Source: an uncultured virus (IMG/VR IMGVR_UViG_3300009177_000003) (taxonomy: Duplodnaviria > Heunggongvirae > Uroviricota > Caudoviricetes). Taken from it: DNA of 64,000 nucleotides. The DNA lies in IMG/VR virus record IMGVR_UViG_3300009177_000003; one strand, written 5' to 3'. Each line of letters opens with the position of its first letter. The stretch's first letter is position 1. Shown here piece after piece: positions 1 to 8,365 of the stretch. Made by a program: the position numbers and the translations under genes. The notes beneath the pieces were generated by a model. That model ran no database searches, was not told where the DNA came from, and was given only the letters and a program-made list of their open reading frames with translations.

Positions 1-108
1 CCCACGCCCGAAATGCAGCGGCTGGTGCTCTGCCTTGAGCGGTTGGCCGAGCACTACGCCTCGGAGATCGACGAGGATCTGGCGAAGGGGCGACTGCTGG
101 CGGCGTAG
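1..108 (+). CDS. 3' end of a gene running in from before the window
   Basis: Frame 1 is open from base 1 (PTPEMQRLVLCLERLAEHYASEIDEDLAKGRLLAA) to TAG at 106-108, with high-GC3 codons. Confidence 0.6.
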   Translation, partial: PTPEMQRLVLCLERLAEHYASEIDEDLAKGRLLAA

Positions 109-149
109 CGCGCGCGGATTCAAAGTTGCTCATTCTTTTTGCCAGACAT

Positions 150-590
150 GCACAGATGATCTGTGCTTCGATTCGCCCTGCCTCTACGGGTCCCCTACTC
201 GTAGGGGCGCGGTACCGGAAACAAACTTGCCCCCGGCAGTCTGTCGGGGCTTCCTTTGGATCGCGACTCGCTCGGTCTGTTCTAAACCGCACACTTGGCA
301 GGTCGATTGATCTCGAATAAATCCGACGACGTCCATGGGTTGTAACGCCGCCAAGAACTCTGGGAGTGAGGCGGAACGCGGTTTCATCCCGGGATAGAGA
401 GCCAGGAGGGGGTCGGCGGCGCGTTTCACGCTGATAGCGCTGCCGGCCCCTCTTCGTACAAGCCATTGGGTCCCGGCGCAGGTTTTTGGCCAAATGTTGC
501 GCTTTCTCTCTTTACACGCATTTAGAATGACCCCATCCTCACCCAACAATCGCGGGGTTTACGCCCGTGATGTTGGGCGCCACGGGCGAC
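150..590 (+). ncRNA. Candidate structured non-coding RNA or structured leader
   Basis: About 57% GC by hand count (121-540), lower than the flanking genes; at least six hairpins, with G-T pairs favouring the + strand; no convincing CDS. Confidence 0.35.
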
Positions 591-619
591 ATTCCATGTA
601 ACCCACTGATATTCCGGGA

Positions 620-940
620 CTAATCGGCTTCGTCATCCTTACGCTCGATGATGTCGATCCGCGAGGAGAGCATCGCGACCTGCCGTTGTAGCGCCACCAG
701 GGCGTTGGCCAGATCGCCGTGCATGTCCATCGCGGTGCGCGCTGTCTTCTCACTCGCGCCGGCGATCTTCTGATTCTGGGCGAGCAACTGGAGCAGGAAC
801 TCGTCCTGCTCGAAGCCCTCGGTCACCTTGTCCTGCAGCCGGTCGAGCCGCTTCATGATTTCGGTGTGGCCGCCGGCGATCTCGCCGCGGAGGTCGGCGC
901 CGAGCTTGGCGATGGCGGTCAGGATCGGGTCTTCGCTCAT
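620..940 (-). CDS. Small coiled-coil hypothetical protein
   Basis: 106-aa ORF with heptad pattern, AAGGAA RBS, overlapping the upstream stop. Confidence 0.75.
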   Translation of the reverse strand: MSEDPILTAIAKLGADLRGEIAGGHTEIMKRLDRLQDKVTEGFEQDEFLLQLLAQNQKIAGASEKTARTAMDMHGDLANALVALQRQVAMLSSRIDIIERKDDEAD

Positions 941-1155
941 GGTGATTCCTTCCGCGGCGGGTTGCCGAGCAGCAGCTCGATCTGGGTGGCGTGGCCGTCG
1001 ATCGCGCGCAACCAGTCGGCCAGCGGCTCGTCGATGGACTGGCGTCCGGAGGCCATCTGCCTGACGCGCGCCTTGCTCCGCTGGGCCCGGTCAGCGCAGT
1101 CGCCAAGCGACCAGCCGAGCCGGAGCAGGATGGCGCGCATCTCGTCAGGGCCCAT
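937..1155 (-). CDS. Small HTH DNA-binding protein
   Basis: LGWSLGDCADRAQRSKARVRQMASG resembles an XRE-like HTH. Confidence 0.6.
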   Translation of the reverse strand: MGPDEMRAILLRLGWSLGDCADRAQRSKARVRQMASGRQSIDEPLADWLRAIDGHATQIELLLGNPPRKESP

Positions 1156-1342
1156 CGAGGTCTTCCATGTCGACGAGCTCGGTCTTTACCCACTCGTCGC
1201 CGGTGCCGCGGCAGGCAGAGCAGCGATGGAACCGGGCAACCGGCTCGTGACCGGACCAGTAGACCTCTTCGAAGCAGCCGTCGCCGCCGCAGTATTCACA
1301 GGTGATCGAGCGGAGATCCTCGAGCTCGGCCGCGTCGCTCAT
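1145..1342 (-). CDS. Small zinc-finger protein (CxxCxGxG x2)
   Basis: CEYCGGDG and CSACRGTG; start reassigned to ATG 1342, coupled to the upstream stop. Confidence 0.65.
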   Translation of the reverse strand: MSDAAELEDLRSITCEYCGGDGCFEEVYWSGHEPVARFHRCSACRGTGDEWVKTELVDMEDLDGP

Positions 1343-1551
1343 ATGCTGATGGACGGGCACGGGATGCCGAACCCGTAGCCGACGTCGATCTCGCCAGTCG
1401 TGCGATCCAGGATGCCGGCGCCGAACACGCAGCTGTTGTGGCGGGCGTGCCAGAGCGCGGTCTCCAGGTTGTCGGTGGCGACGATCGTGACAGCGGCGTT
1501 GAGGCTGACGCACTCGGCGGTGGCGATCGGCGAAACCACGTAGCGGGGCAT
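1339..1551 (-). CDS. Hypothetical protein
   Basis: MPRYVVSP...; AAGGAG RBS, TGATG coupling. Confidence 0.6.
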   Translation of the reverse strand: MPRYVVSPIATAECVSLNAAVTIVATDNLETALWHARHNSCVFGAGILDRTTGEIDVGYGFGIPCPSISI

Positions 1552-1820
1552 CACTGGTCTCCTTTGGCCATCGGCGTGGTGAAGTTGAGGAAGCTGTTTG
1601 GGTCGCGAGCCATCGCTTCGGCGCGGCGGCGCCTGTATTCCTGGCGCGCTTCCTCCCGCGTTGGGAACACATCGGCCAGCGCTACCTCCATCGGGCGCTG
1701 CGCCCATTTGCTGCGCTGGCCTCTCCCGTAGACGCGGGCGCGGTCGTCGGTCGCTCGGTCGAACATAACGGACGTCGTGCCACATGGTGCGATACGCCAG
1801 ACGATGTCGCCGCTCTTCAT
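1551..1820 (-). CDS. Hypothetical protein
   Basis: 89-aa ORF with GAGGAGG RBS in a coupled operon. Confidence 0.65.
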   Translation of the reverse strand: MKSGDIVWRIAPCGTTSVMFDRATDDRARVYGRGQRSKWAQRPMEVALADVFPTREEARQEYRRRRAEAMARDPNSFLNFTTPMAKGDQ

Positions 1821-1821
1821 C

Positions 1822-2055
1822 TTAGCCCTCCTCTTCGGACGCGAGCTCGATCATCTCCTGACCGATCGACTGCGCCAGCATGGAGTGCCGCGTCGCCAGG
1901 GTCTGATTGCCGGCCTTGCTCCACAGCTGCGCGGCGAGCGAGTGCTCGGTCGCGGCCGTGCTCAGCCTCTCGTCGATGTAGCTTGATGTCGCCGCCGCGC
2001 TTACCGCCAGGGCCAGATTGAGAACGTCGCGGCTGCTGAATTCCAGGGAAATCAC
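1822..2055 (-). CDS. Hypothetical protein
   Basis: 77-aa ORF, GAGGA RBS, first gene after the promoter at 2107-2135. Confidence 0.6.
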   Translation of the reverse strand: MISLEFSSRDVLNLALAVSAAATSSYIDERLSTAATEHSLAAQLWSKAGNQTLATRHSMLAQSIGQEMIELASEEEG

Positions 2056-2106
2056 GGGAGTTATCCTCGTATCGGTGGGCGTCGGACCATCGTCCTGACC
2101 AGTCTG

Positions 2107-2135
2107 GTATAAACAACTATACTCTTCGCGTCAAG
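2107..2135 (-). promoter_or_regulatory. Sigma70-type promoter (operator half-site degenerate)
   Basis: CTTGAC-N17-TTATAC on the - strand. Confidence 0.7.
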
Positions 2136-3141
2136 TAGTTTCTTTCCGCTCCTGCTGCATTGCGTAGAAACTGCGAGCCAGCGGCGCGTCCGGATTGACG
2201 AGGTTCACCAGCGCGTCTCTGACCCACACGGTGCCGCCGCCGTGCATCTCGTGCCGATGGCGCAGGTGGCCGCGGCGGAGATGCGGGAGGGGGCTCGCGT
2301 GGTGCCCATCACCGGGCTCGCTGCGCCTCCGCCCGCGATTCTCGATCGCGGTCACATACGGTCCGCTGTTGACCCGCCAGTGCGCCGGGATCGCCGGCTT
2401 GCCGCCACGCACCCGGTGCTTGTTCAGCTTCTCCGGTGCCGCGATACGGTCGACCGTCACGCCGTCGGTGGCGAGCAGCAGCAGGCAGGCAGCGACCGGG
2501 TCGAACAGGTTGCAGATGACCTGCGTGTCGGTCGCGTCGCTCTTGAGCTCTTCGTTCAGCACGCCGCGGAAGATGACGCCGTCATACGTGCAGCCTGGGT
2601 TCTCCGGCTTCTTGACGATTGCGGCGAGCGCCGCATCGCACAGCATCATCATACGCTGATCGAACACCATGATCGGCTCCGCCTCGGCGACCAGGAAGCT
2701 GTTCGGCGGATACCGGCCGCCTGAAAGTTTGTGCCAGTCGATCGAGGCGTCGACGAGATACGCGGCACCGACGACCTTCTGGGCGTTCAGGACCGGATCC
2801 TGCCACGTATGGAACAGCACATAGGGCTCGCGGAACGGATGGCCGATGTGTCCCGTGGCGAGGAGCTCGACGGCTCGGTCGGCTTCCTGGCGCAGCACCT
2901 TCGAGCTCATGTGCCCGAGATCGAACAGCCGACCGGCGTTGACCACCTCCCGGAATGTGCTCGGCATCGCGCTGAAGAATTTGGGCTCGCGTGATACCGA
3001 GCCGTCCGGCGACGTCGGGATCATGAAGGCTTCGCCGATCATGGCGTTGCGGACGCTCTCGAGCGTTGGATGCACCCACGGCCGTATGCCGCGCATCACC
3101 GCGGCGCTCTCGGCCTCGGTCATCCGATGGAGATCGCTCAT
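2131..3141 (-). CDS. Phage hypothetical protein with C-terminal HxRRGH motif
   Basis: 336 aa from MSDLHRM; contains HHASPLPHLRRGHLRH; AAGGA RBS. Confidence 0.75.
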   Translation of the reverse strand: MSDLHRMTEAESAAVMRGIRPWVHPTLESVRNAMIGEAFMIPTSPDGSVSREPKFFSAMPSTFREVVNAGRLFDLGHMSSKVLRQEADRAVELLATGHIGHPFREPYVLFHTWQDPVLNAQKVVGAAYLVDASIDWHKLSGGRYPPNSFLVAEAEPIMVFDQRMMMLCDAALAAIVKKPENPGCTYDGVIFRGVLNEELKSDATDTQVICNLFDPVAACLLLLATDGVTVDRIAAPEKLNKHRVRGGKPAIPAHWRVNSGPYVTAIENRGRRRSEPGDGHHASPLPHLRRGHLRHRHEMHGGGTVWVRDALVNLVNPDAPLARSFYAMQQERKETT

Positions 3142-3539
3142 GCGGCGTCCTTTCCGCGGATCCGATAGCCGGCGGCGAAAGCCTGCTCGGCGAAGGAGCC
3201 GGCGCAGCGCTGCGTGCAGAACGGCCAATAGGCCACCTGATACTTCTCGCCGTCCCAGGTGCTGACCTCGCTCAGCCGGCGCTCGCGCGTGCCGGCGCGC
3301 TGTTCCGGGGTCTTCCAGTTCCAGGCCGCCTCGTCCTTGAAACCGTCATCCCAGAGGATCGGCTTGTCGTCGGGACGAACGAGCACGTCGACATAGCGTT
3401 TGCTGATGACCTGCAGGTTGCCCTGGTAGCGCCAGCCCCGGACCGGCAGGTAGGTGTCCGCCTCGGTCGGTGCGCGATGGATCTGCGTGGCGTAGGGCAG
3501 GGGCTTTCCGCAGCAGGCGCAACGGGGACGGGCGGTCAT
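3138..3539 (-). CDS. Hypothetical zinc-binding protein
   Basis: CACCG ... FCTQRC; start coupled to the upstream stop. Confidence 0.65.
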   Translation of the reverse strand: MTARPRCACCGKPLPYATQIHRAPTEADTYLPVRGWRYQGNLQVISKRYVDVLVRPDDKPILWDDGFKDEAAWNWKTPEQRAGTRERRLSEVSTWDGEKYQVAYWPFCTQRCAGSFAEQAFAAGYRIRGKDAA

Positions 3540-3787
3540 GGGGCCGCCTCGACCAGCCCGAGCCGGCGCTCGATCCGCTCCAGTCGTTGCGTGGTGTCGC
3601 TCGACCACGCTTCCATCGCGCCCATCCGGATCTCGAGACCGGCGACGCGGCCGGTCAGTCCGACCAGATGGCCGCTTATGGTCTCGAACCCGCGCGCCAT
3701 GTCCTTCGACAGCTGGTCGAGTTTCACGTCCAGCGCGCGCAGGTGGCGCAGGGTGATGTCCTCTGGTCCGTCGCTATGCTCGCTCAT
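3536..3787 (-). CDS. Small coiled-coil protein
   Basis: Heptads, ends RLERIERRLGLVE. Confidence 0.7.
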   Translation of the reverse strand: MSEHSDGPEDITLRHLRALDVKLDQLSKDMARGFETISGHLVGLTGRVAGLEIRMGAMEAWSSDTTQRLERIERRLGLVEAAP

Positions 3788-4065
3788 GCGATGTCCTCGA
3801 TGCCGCCGACCTTGATGGCCAGCCGCTGCAGCAGGAAATGCGTCCGGGCTGCGGTGAGCTCGAGCTTGCTCTGGCGCTCGACGAAAGCATCGAGGCGCTG
3901 CTCGAAGATCCCCTGCCGGCGTTCGAGGCTGGCCATGCGGTCCTCGAGACCGCTGAATCGCTCGGTGAGCGCGAGCATGTTGCGGCGGATATCGGCGGTG
4001 TCGGCTTGCACGGCGTCGAGGCGACGGCCGATGAATTCCCAGGATACGGTCGCGGTTTCGCTCAT
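3784..4065 (-). CDS. Small coiled-coil protein
   Basis: MSETATVSWEF..., heptads, GAGGAG RBS. Confidence 0.7.
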   Translation of the reverse strand: MSETATVSWEFIGRRLDAVQADTADIRRNMLALTERFSGLEDRMASLERRQGIFEQRLDAFVERQSKLELTAARTHFLLQRLAIKVGGIEDIA

Positions 4066-4487
4066 GCGCTCTGCTCCTCTGCCATCTCGGCCCTTATCTC
4101 CGCCATCTCGGCGGCGAACCGGGCCGCCTCCTCGGCAGCCATCCGCTCGGCGCCGCCGAACATTAACACCTTGACGCCGGCCAGCGGCTGCATCCGGCCA
4201 GCCCACTTGCCGACCAGGGCGTTCTCCCTGGTGGAGTAGGCGCCGGCGCCGATCCACGCGTCGGCCAGCTGGCCCTCGGCCAGAGGGGACGAGACCTCCC
4301 GGCAGTAGCCGGGGACGCCGGCCTTGCGCCAGATCACGAAGCCCTTGGGCTTGCCCTTGTTCTTGCCGCTGGCCCTGACGGGCAGGGAGGCGATCGCCTC
4401 GGCGCCGAACAGCTTGGTGGCCCACTCGAGGCCGAACTCGGTCTCCAGCCCGGCCCATTTGGTCACCAGCAATGCGAACTTGGCCAT
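4062..4487 (-). CDS. Hypothetical protein
   Basis: MAKFALL..., TAAGGAG RBS, directly after the promoter at 4511-4539. Confidence 0.75.
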   Translation of the reverse strand: MAKFALLVTKWAGLETEFGLEWATKLFGAEAIASLPVRASGKNKGKPKGFVIWRKAGVPGYCREVSSPLAEGQLADAWIGAGAYSTRENALVGKWAGRMQPLAGVKVLMFGGAERMAAEEAARFAAEMAEIRAEMAEEQSA

Positions 4488-4510
4488 CTCAAATCTCCTT
4501 ACAGGCGGCA

Positions 4511-4539
4511 ATATAAGCCGCCTGACGCAGTCAGTCAAG
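4511..4539 (-). promoter_or_regulatory. Promoter with TGAC-N7-GTCA operator
   Basis: CTTGAC-N17-TTATAT; palindrome at 4523-4537. Confidence 0.8.
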
Positions 4540-4543
4540 CTAA

Positions 4544-4726
4544 TTATGGTTTGGCGTCAAGATTATTCCGAGCGAGCGCCTCGCGGATCGCGTCGGTGTG
4601 GTAGGTCAGGACGTGGTCGATCGCGTCGGCTGCCGCGGTGAAGCCGGATGCGGTGCAGTCGGCCATCAACAGGTGCAGCTTCTCCTCGATCTCGGCGAGC
4701 CGCACGGTAGCCTGCTCCCCGGTCAC
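4544..4726 (-). CDS. Hypothetical protein
   Basis: Short helical ORF; probable GTG start coupled to the upstream stop. Confidence 0.5.
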   Translation of the reverse strand: MTGEQATVRLAEIEEKLHLLMADCTASGFTAAADAIDHVLTYHTDAIREALARNNLDAKP

Positions 4727-4890
4727 GGGTGCACCCATCGGGCGGAGCAGTTGAGCTCCTCAGGGTCCACCATGAACCCGCCGTGATGGCAGGAAACAGC
4801 CAGCATCCCGCCGGTCAGCCAAAACGTGCATGACGTGACGTAGATCAGGACGAGGGCACCGGCGATCGCGAGCTTGATGGTGGTGGTCAT
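4723..4890 (-). CDS. Small membrane protein (55 aa, not in the ORF track)
   Basis: MTTTIKLAIAGALVLIYVTSCTFWLTGGMLAVSC...; hydrophobic N-terminus, ATGA coupling. Confidence 0.5.
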   Translation of the reverse strand: MTTTIKLAIAGALVLIYVTSCTFWLTGGMLAVSCHHGGFMVDPEELNCSARWVHP

Positions 4891-5165
4891 CTCCGCGGCC
4901 GCCTCTGCACCGCCACGAGCTGCTCGCGCGTGCGCTGCACAAACGCCTCGGGATAGGGCTCGTCCGGCATCGCCAGCCCCGATCGCTCGATCACCCGGTC
5001 GACCTGCTCGTCGATGCCAGAGAACAACGCCGGCAGGTCTTGATCCTTCCAGCCATCCGGCGACAGTAGGCCGCTGTTCGCAGCCCAGGCGCCGAGCGCC
5101 TCGAGCACCGCGGTGCGCGCGTCATCGCGCAGCCATTCGCGGCAGAGATACGGTCGATCTATCAT
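4887..5165 (-). CDS. Hypothetical protein
   Basis: 92-aa ORF with GGAGG RBS. Confidence 0.6.
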   Translation of the reverse strand: MIDRPYLCREWLRDDARTAVLEALGAWAANSGLLSPDGWKDQDLPALFSGIDEQVDRVIERSGLAMPDEPYPEAFVQRTREQLVAVQRRPRR

Positions 5166-5168
5166 GGT

Positions 5169-5339
5169 TCAGTCCTCCTCAATCGGTTCGTCGGCCCAGT
5201 ACTGGCTGTCGGTCAGGACGTCCGGCCGATAGCGCGCCAGCTTCTCCTTCCGGCAGCGATCGCAGACGCGGCACAGCGGGATGCCGCGCGCGTCGCTCTC
5301 CCACCAGGAGCTCTGGCCGGAGCCGCAGGGGCAGGTCAC
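5169..5339 (-). CDS. Small zinc-binding protein (CPCGSG...CxxC)
   Basis: GTG start coupled to the upstream stop; CPCGSG and CRVCDRC. Confidence 0.65.
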   Translation of the reverse strand: MTCPCGSGQSSWWESDARGIPLCRVCDRCRKEKLARYRPDVLTDSQYWADEPIEED

Positions 5340-5677
5340 GCCATCCTCGCGTCGATCTGGTCGGCCAGGGTGAGCGCCCCAGCCAGGATCGCGTTGGTCT
5401 TCTCGTTGTCGCTGTAGTCGCAGATCACCTCGGTGCCGTTGCCGTTGCCGTAAACGAGGTTGACGTGGCCCACCTTGCTCGCGGTGCTCCGGAACAGCAG
5501 GGTCTCCTCGTCGGTGGCGAACATCGCGGCGAAGACCTCGGCGCCCTTGGTGGACCCGGAAACGACCCACTCCTCGCCGTCGTGCACGCTGATCTTGTAG
5601 CCGGCGGCCAGCGCGTCCTTGATGATCTGCCGCACGATCCGCTTCTCGGTGGCGATCCGCTTCTCGACATTGTCCAT
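5336..5677 (-). CDS. Phage hypothetical protein
   Basis: 113-aa ORF, GAGGAG RBS, LVYGN...VICDYS. Confidence 0.75.
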   Translation of the reverse strand: MDNVEKRIATEKRIVRQIIKDALAAGYKISVHDGEEWVVSGSTKGAEVFAAMFATDEETLLFRSTASKVGHVNLVYGNGNGTEVICDYSDNEKTNAILAGALTLADQIDARMA

Positions 5678-5693
5678 CGGAATCTCCTCGGGG

Positions 5694-6212
5694 TTAGGCA
5701 GCGGCTTTCGCCGCCGCCTTTCTGACTGTGCCGGCCTTGGTCAGGGTCGCCTGATAGGCCAGCGCCTCGGCCTGCTTGGCCGCCTTGAACTCGGCGCCCC
5801 AGCCCTTCCGGACCATGGTGCCGGGATACTGGCCCATGCCGTATTGGCCATACTTCGCGTGCTCGGTGGTGATCATCAGCATTGTCTTGCTGTAGGGAAC
5901 CATCACGCCATCCAGGCTTGACCCGGTCTGGACGGTCTCGGTGATCTCGGTGATTGGCGCGAAGTAGATCACGCCCTTGAAGAAATCATCCATCTGGACG
6001 AGGTCGCCGACCTTCAGGGTCTCGACCGGCACCTTGAGGCTCTCGGCGTAGTACTTCGCGGCTGCTGCGCCCTTGGCGGTGTAGCAGACCTTTGTGCCGT
6101 GGCACTTGAAGCACTTGGTGCCGTAGCTCTGGCAGTAGCTGTAGTTGCCGGAACCGCCGCACCGCGAGCAGCTCTGCATCTCGAAGCCCAATTTGGAAAC
6201 CATCCCAGTCAT
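5694..6212 (-). CDS. Protein with N-terminal DnaJ-type zinc finger
   Basis: CSRCGGSG...CFKCHG; start placed downstream of the promoter and GGAG RBS. Confidence 0.75.
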   Translation of the reverse strand: MTGMVSKLGFEMQSCSRCGGSGNYSYCQSYGTKCFKCHGTKVCYTAKGAAAAKYYAESLKVPVETLKVGDLVQMDDFFKGVIYFAPITEITETVQTGSSLDGVMVPYSKTMLMITTEHAKYGQYGMGQYPGTMVRKGWGAEFKAAKQAEALAYQATLTKAGTVRKAAAKAAA

Positions 6213-6239
6213 CACACTTACTCCGCTCTTACGCACGAC

Positions 6240-6268
6240 ATATAATACGGTTGACTGAATGCGTCAAG
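6240..6268 (-). promoter_or_regulatory. Promoter with TTGAC-N7-GTCAA operator
   Basis: CTTGAC-N17-TTATAT; perfect palindrome at 6251-6267. Confidence 0.85.
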
Positions 6269-6451
6269 CTATTTAATGGGCTGGGCTGACTCTTTTTCGA
6301 GCTCCCGGCGGGCGATGTCGGCGAGCCTCTGCTCGTGTTCCGCCCATGCCTGATTCAGCGTTTTCGTGGTCAGCGCGCGGCGTTGAATGTCCTGTCGCTC
6401 GAAAGACCAGATGTCGTGCGAATTGCGGCGTTCGGCGGCGAAGTTGGTCAT
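6269..6451 (-). CDS. Hypothetical protein
   Basis: MTNFAAERR..., TGATG coupling. Confidence 0.55.
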   Translation of the reverse strand: MTNFAAERRNSHDIWSFERQDIQRRALTTKTLNQAWAEHEQRLADIARRELEKESAQPIK

Positions 6452-6540
6452 CACGCCATCTCCAGAGCCGAGGCTTTCCACTCGGCTTGCATCAGCAGGA
6501 AAATGCCGACCGCGGCGATCGCGGCAGCGAGGAGGAACAT
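6451..6540 (-). CDS. 29-aa membrane peptide
   Basis: MFLLAAAIAAVGIFLLMQAEWKASALEMA; AAAGGAG RBS. Confidence 0.5.
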   Translation of the reverse strand: MFLLAAAIAAVGIFLLMQAEWKASALEMA

Positions 6541-6553
6541 CACACGGCTCCTT

Positions 6554-6793
6554 TCATCCGATGTAGAGGGTGGAGCCGATGACGGCCCCGAACTGGCCGG
6601 AGTAGATCTCCGCCTCCTCCGGGGTGGCGCTGGCGGGCAGGCCCTTGATCAGTTCCATGGCACCGGCCTTGCTGATCCTGACCCACTGCTCAGAGGTGCC
6701 GAACCGGACTTGCGCCAGCACCTCGCTGGCCTCCCGAACCGCCCGCTTGAACGCGGGCACGGTCATGATGCTGATCTCGGTCTCGGCCAACAT
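6554..6793 (-). CDS. Hypothetical protein
   Basis: MLAETEISIM..., GGAG RBS, TGATG coupling. Confidence 0.65.
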   Translation of the reverse strand: MLAETEISIMTVPAFKRAVREASEVLAQVRFGTSEQWVRISKAGAMELIKGLPASATPEEAEIYSGQFGAVIGSTLYIG

Positions 6794-7050
6794 CACACGG
6801 CTCCCTTCAGGGGGTAATAGGTGCAGGACCCGGTGAAGCCCGAGGGCCTGTAACCGAACTCGACCCCAGCCTTGACCAGCTCGTAATAGGTCGCGCCCCC
6901 ATATCCGGGGAACTTGCTGCCACTCTTCACCAGCGACCACAGGAACTTCTCGCCGTTCCAGCCGGAGGTCAGGGCATACTTGAACTCGCCGCCGGCCTTC
7001 AGGATCTCCAGCGCCCTGGCGGCCCGGGGGGAGAGCTTCATGGTGGTCAT
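6793..7050 (-). CDS. Hypothetical protein
   Basis: MTTMKLSPR..., GGAG RBS after the promoter at 7079-7107. Confidence 0.7.
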   Translation of the reverse strand: MTTMKLSPRAARALEILKAGGEFKYALTSGWNGEKFLWSLVKSGSKFPGYGGATYYELVKAGVEFGYRPSGFTGSCTYYPLKGAV

Positions 7051-7078
7051 GGGAAATACTCCGTCCTTACAAAGCGGA

Positions 7079-7107
7079 GTATAAGTTACCTGACCTATTG
7101 CGTCAAG
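7079..7107 (-). promoter_or_regulatory. Promoter with TGAC-N7-GTCA operator
   Basis: CTTGAC-N17-TTATAC; palindrome at 7091-7105. Confidence 0.8.
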
Positions 7108-7111
7108 ACAT

Positions 7112-7672
7112 TTAATCGGCGTCAGGCGACTTTTCTGCCGGCTTCCCGTCCGGATATTTGCGCCAGCCGACCGGGCGCCCGCGCGGTGCCGGTGGAGGCT
7201 GCGGCCGATCGTCGTCGGCATAGCGCCAGCCAGGGGACCGCTTCACCGCCCGCTCCGACACCGCCGCCTTGGTGATGCCGAGCGCGCGAGCCGCCTCGGC
7301 CGCGGACGGAAACCTGCCATGCGGTGTGATGATCTCGCGCGCGTTGAACGGCGGCGGCTTCTCGGTGACCGGGCGCTTGCGCACCTGCCACACTCGACCG
7401 TCAACAGCCTTCGCCTGCACCGCCAGGATGGACGCCGCACGCTCGGGGTCGACCCGGAACCAGTCGGACCCCTTGACCCGCGCATTGCGCAGCTTGGCCA
7501 TCACAGCGCTCTGCAGCGCGCCGCGTTCCTGCGGCGGCACGATCCAGCCGGCAACCAGCTCGATCGGCAGGGGACAATGCGGACGCATTTCAGCTACAAC
7601 CGCGGCCGGATCCGGCGAGATACCGAAGAAGACGAAGCGGGCGCACGAGGCGATAAAGTTCACAGGTTCCAT
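7112..7672 (-). CDS. Degenerate T5orf172/GIY-YIG-like domain plus NUMOD1-like HTH
   Basis: FFGIS..., RVKGSDWF (RGEWF-like); C-terminal TPHGRFPSAAEAARALGI...GWRYAD. Confidence 0.6.
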   Translation of the reverse strand: MEPVNFIASCARFVFFGISPDPAAVVAEMRPHCPLPIELVAGWIVPPQERGALQSAVMAKLRNARVKGSDWFRVDPERAASILAVQAKAVDGRVWQVRKRPVTEKPPPFNAREIITPHGRFPSAAEAARALGITKAAVSERAVKRSPGWRYADDDRPQPPPAPRGRPVGWRKYPDGKPAEKSPDAD

Positions 7673-7681
7673 GGTGTGGCC

Positions 7682-7710
7682 ATGTATGGCGGTTGACGGG
7701 ATATGTCAAG
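7682..7710 (-). promoter_or_regulatory. Promoter with TTGAC-N7-GTCAA operator
   Basis: CTTGAC-N17-ATACAT; perfect palindrome at 7693-7709; the ATG lies about 10 nt from the -10 box. Confidence 0.75.
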
Positions 7711-7747
7711 CTATTTAACCCGGACCAGGGGTAAGCTGCCGCTACCG

Positions 7748-7894
7748 ATGAAGCTCGACCACGAGCTGCGATGCACGGCGTGCCGCGGCGATGCGACGGC
7801 CGGCTACGTCGCGGAACACAGCCCGCTGGTGCGGCCAGAGGAGCGGCTCTGCCTGCGCTGCTACGGCGTGAGGCGGCAGGCGGTGAAGCGATGA
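7748..7894 (+). CDS. Small CxxC...CxxC protein
   Basis: MKLDHELRCTAC...CLRC; ATGA overlap with the next gene. Confidence 0.5.
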   Translation: MKLDHELRCTACRGDATAGYVAEHSPLVRPEERLCLRCYGVRRQAVKR

Positions 7895-8154
7895 CCGACG
7901 ACGCCATGGTCGGCCTGGACGAGGCGCTGGACCGGGCGGAGCGCGTGCTGCGCGGCGAGGACATTACCAACGAGGCCGCGGCTGCAGCGATCGCGGCAGG
8001 CACCATCCCAGCCTACTACGGCCCTGACGCGACGGCGGAGAGCGTCAGCAAGGTCTGGCTCGTGATGTGGGACCGGATGAAGGGCAGCCGGCCCGGCGAC
8101 GAGTGGTTCTACCTGTCCAATGCCATTGGCTGGGCCGCGCGCGCCACCGCCTGA
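7891..8154 (+). CDS. Hypothetical protein
   Basis: MTDDAMVG..., coupled start. Confidence 0.6.
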   Translation: MTDDAMVGLDEALDRAERVLRGEDITNEAAAAAIAAGTIPAYYGPDATAESVSKVWLVMWDRMKGSRPGDEWFYLSNAIGWAARATA

Positions 8155-8347
8155 CGGCACTCTGGTGCGTGTCGTCGGCCCGAACTTCGTGGCCGGTCTG
8201 ATCGTCGACAACGATCGTGTGGTCTATGCGGCGCCGATCCTGCGGCGGCTGCTCTGGCAGGACGCCGACGAGCTGCGGGAGATCTTCCAGCGCCGCGGGT
8301 GGAAAGCAACGATCGTGCGGGAGCGCCGGTTTTTCCCCCGCCTTTAG
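8120..8347 (+). CDS. Hypothetical protein
   Basis: 75-aa ORF, FVAGLIV...AAPILR. Confidence 0.6.
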   Translation: MPLAGPRAPPPDGTLVRVVGPNFVAGLIVDNDRVVYAAPILRRLLWQDADELREIFQRRGWKATIVRERRFFPRL

Positions 8348-8365
8348 AAGCACAAAGGGAAATAC

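Noticed and set aside
184..549. 121-aa - strand ORF
   Set aside because: TTG start without an RBS, atypical codon use and no motif; the region is better explained as structured non-coding sequence, though coding cannot be excluded.
6263..6276. TTAAATAGCTTGAC as a CtrA box
   Set aside because: CtrA sites are TTAA-N7-TTAA; the spacing here is 5 and the second half is the -35 box.
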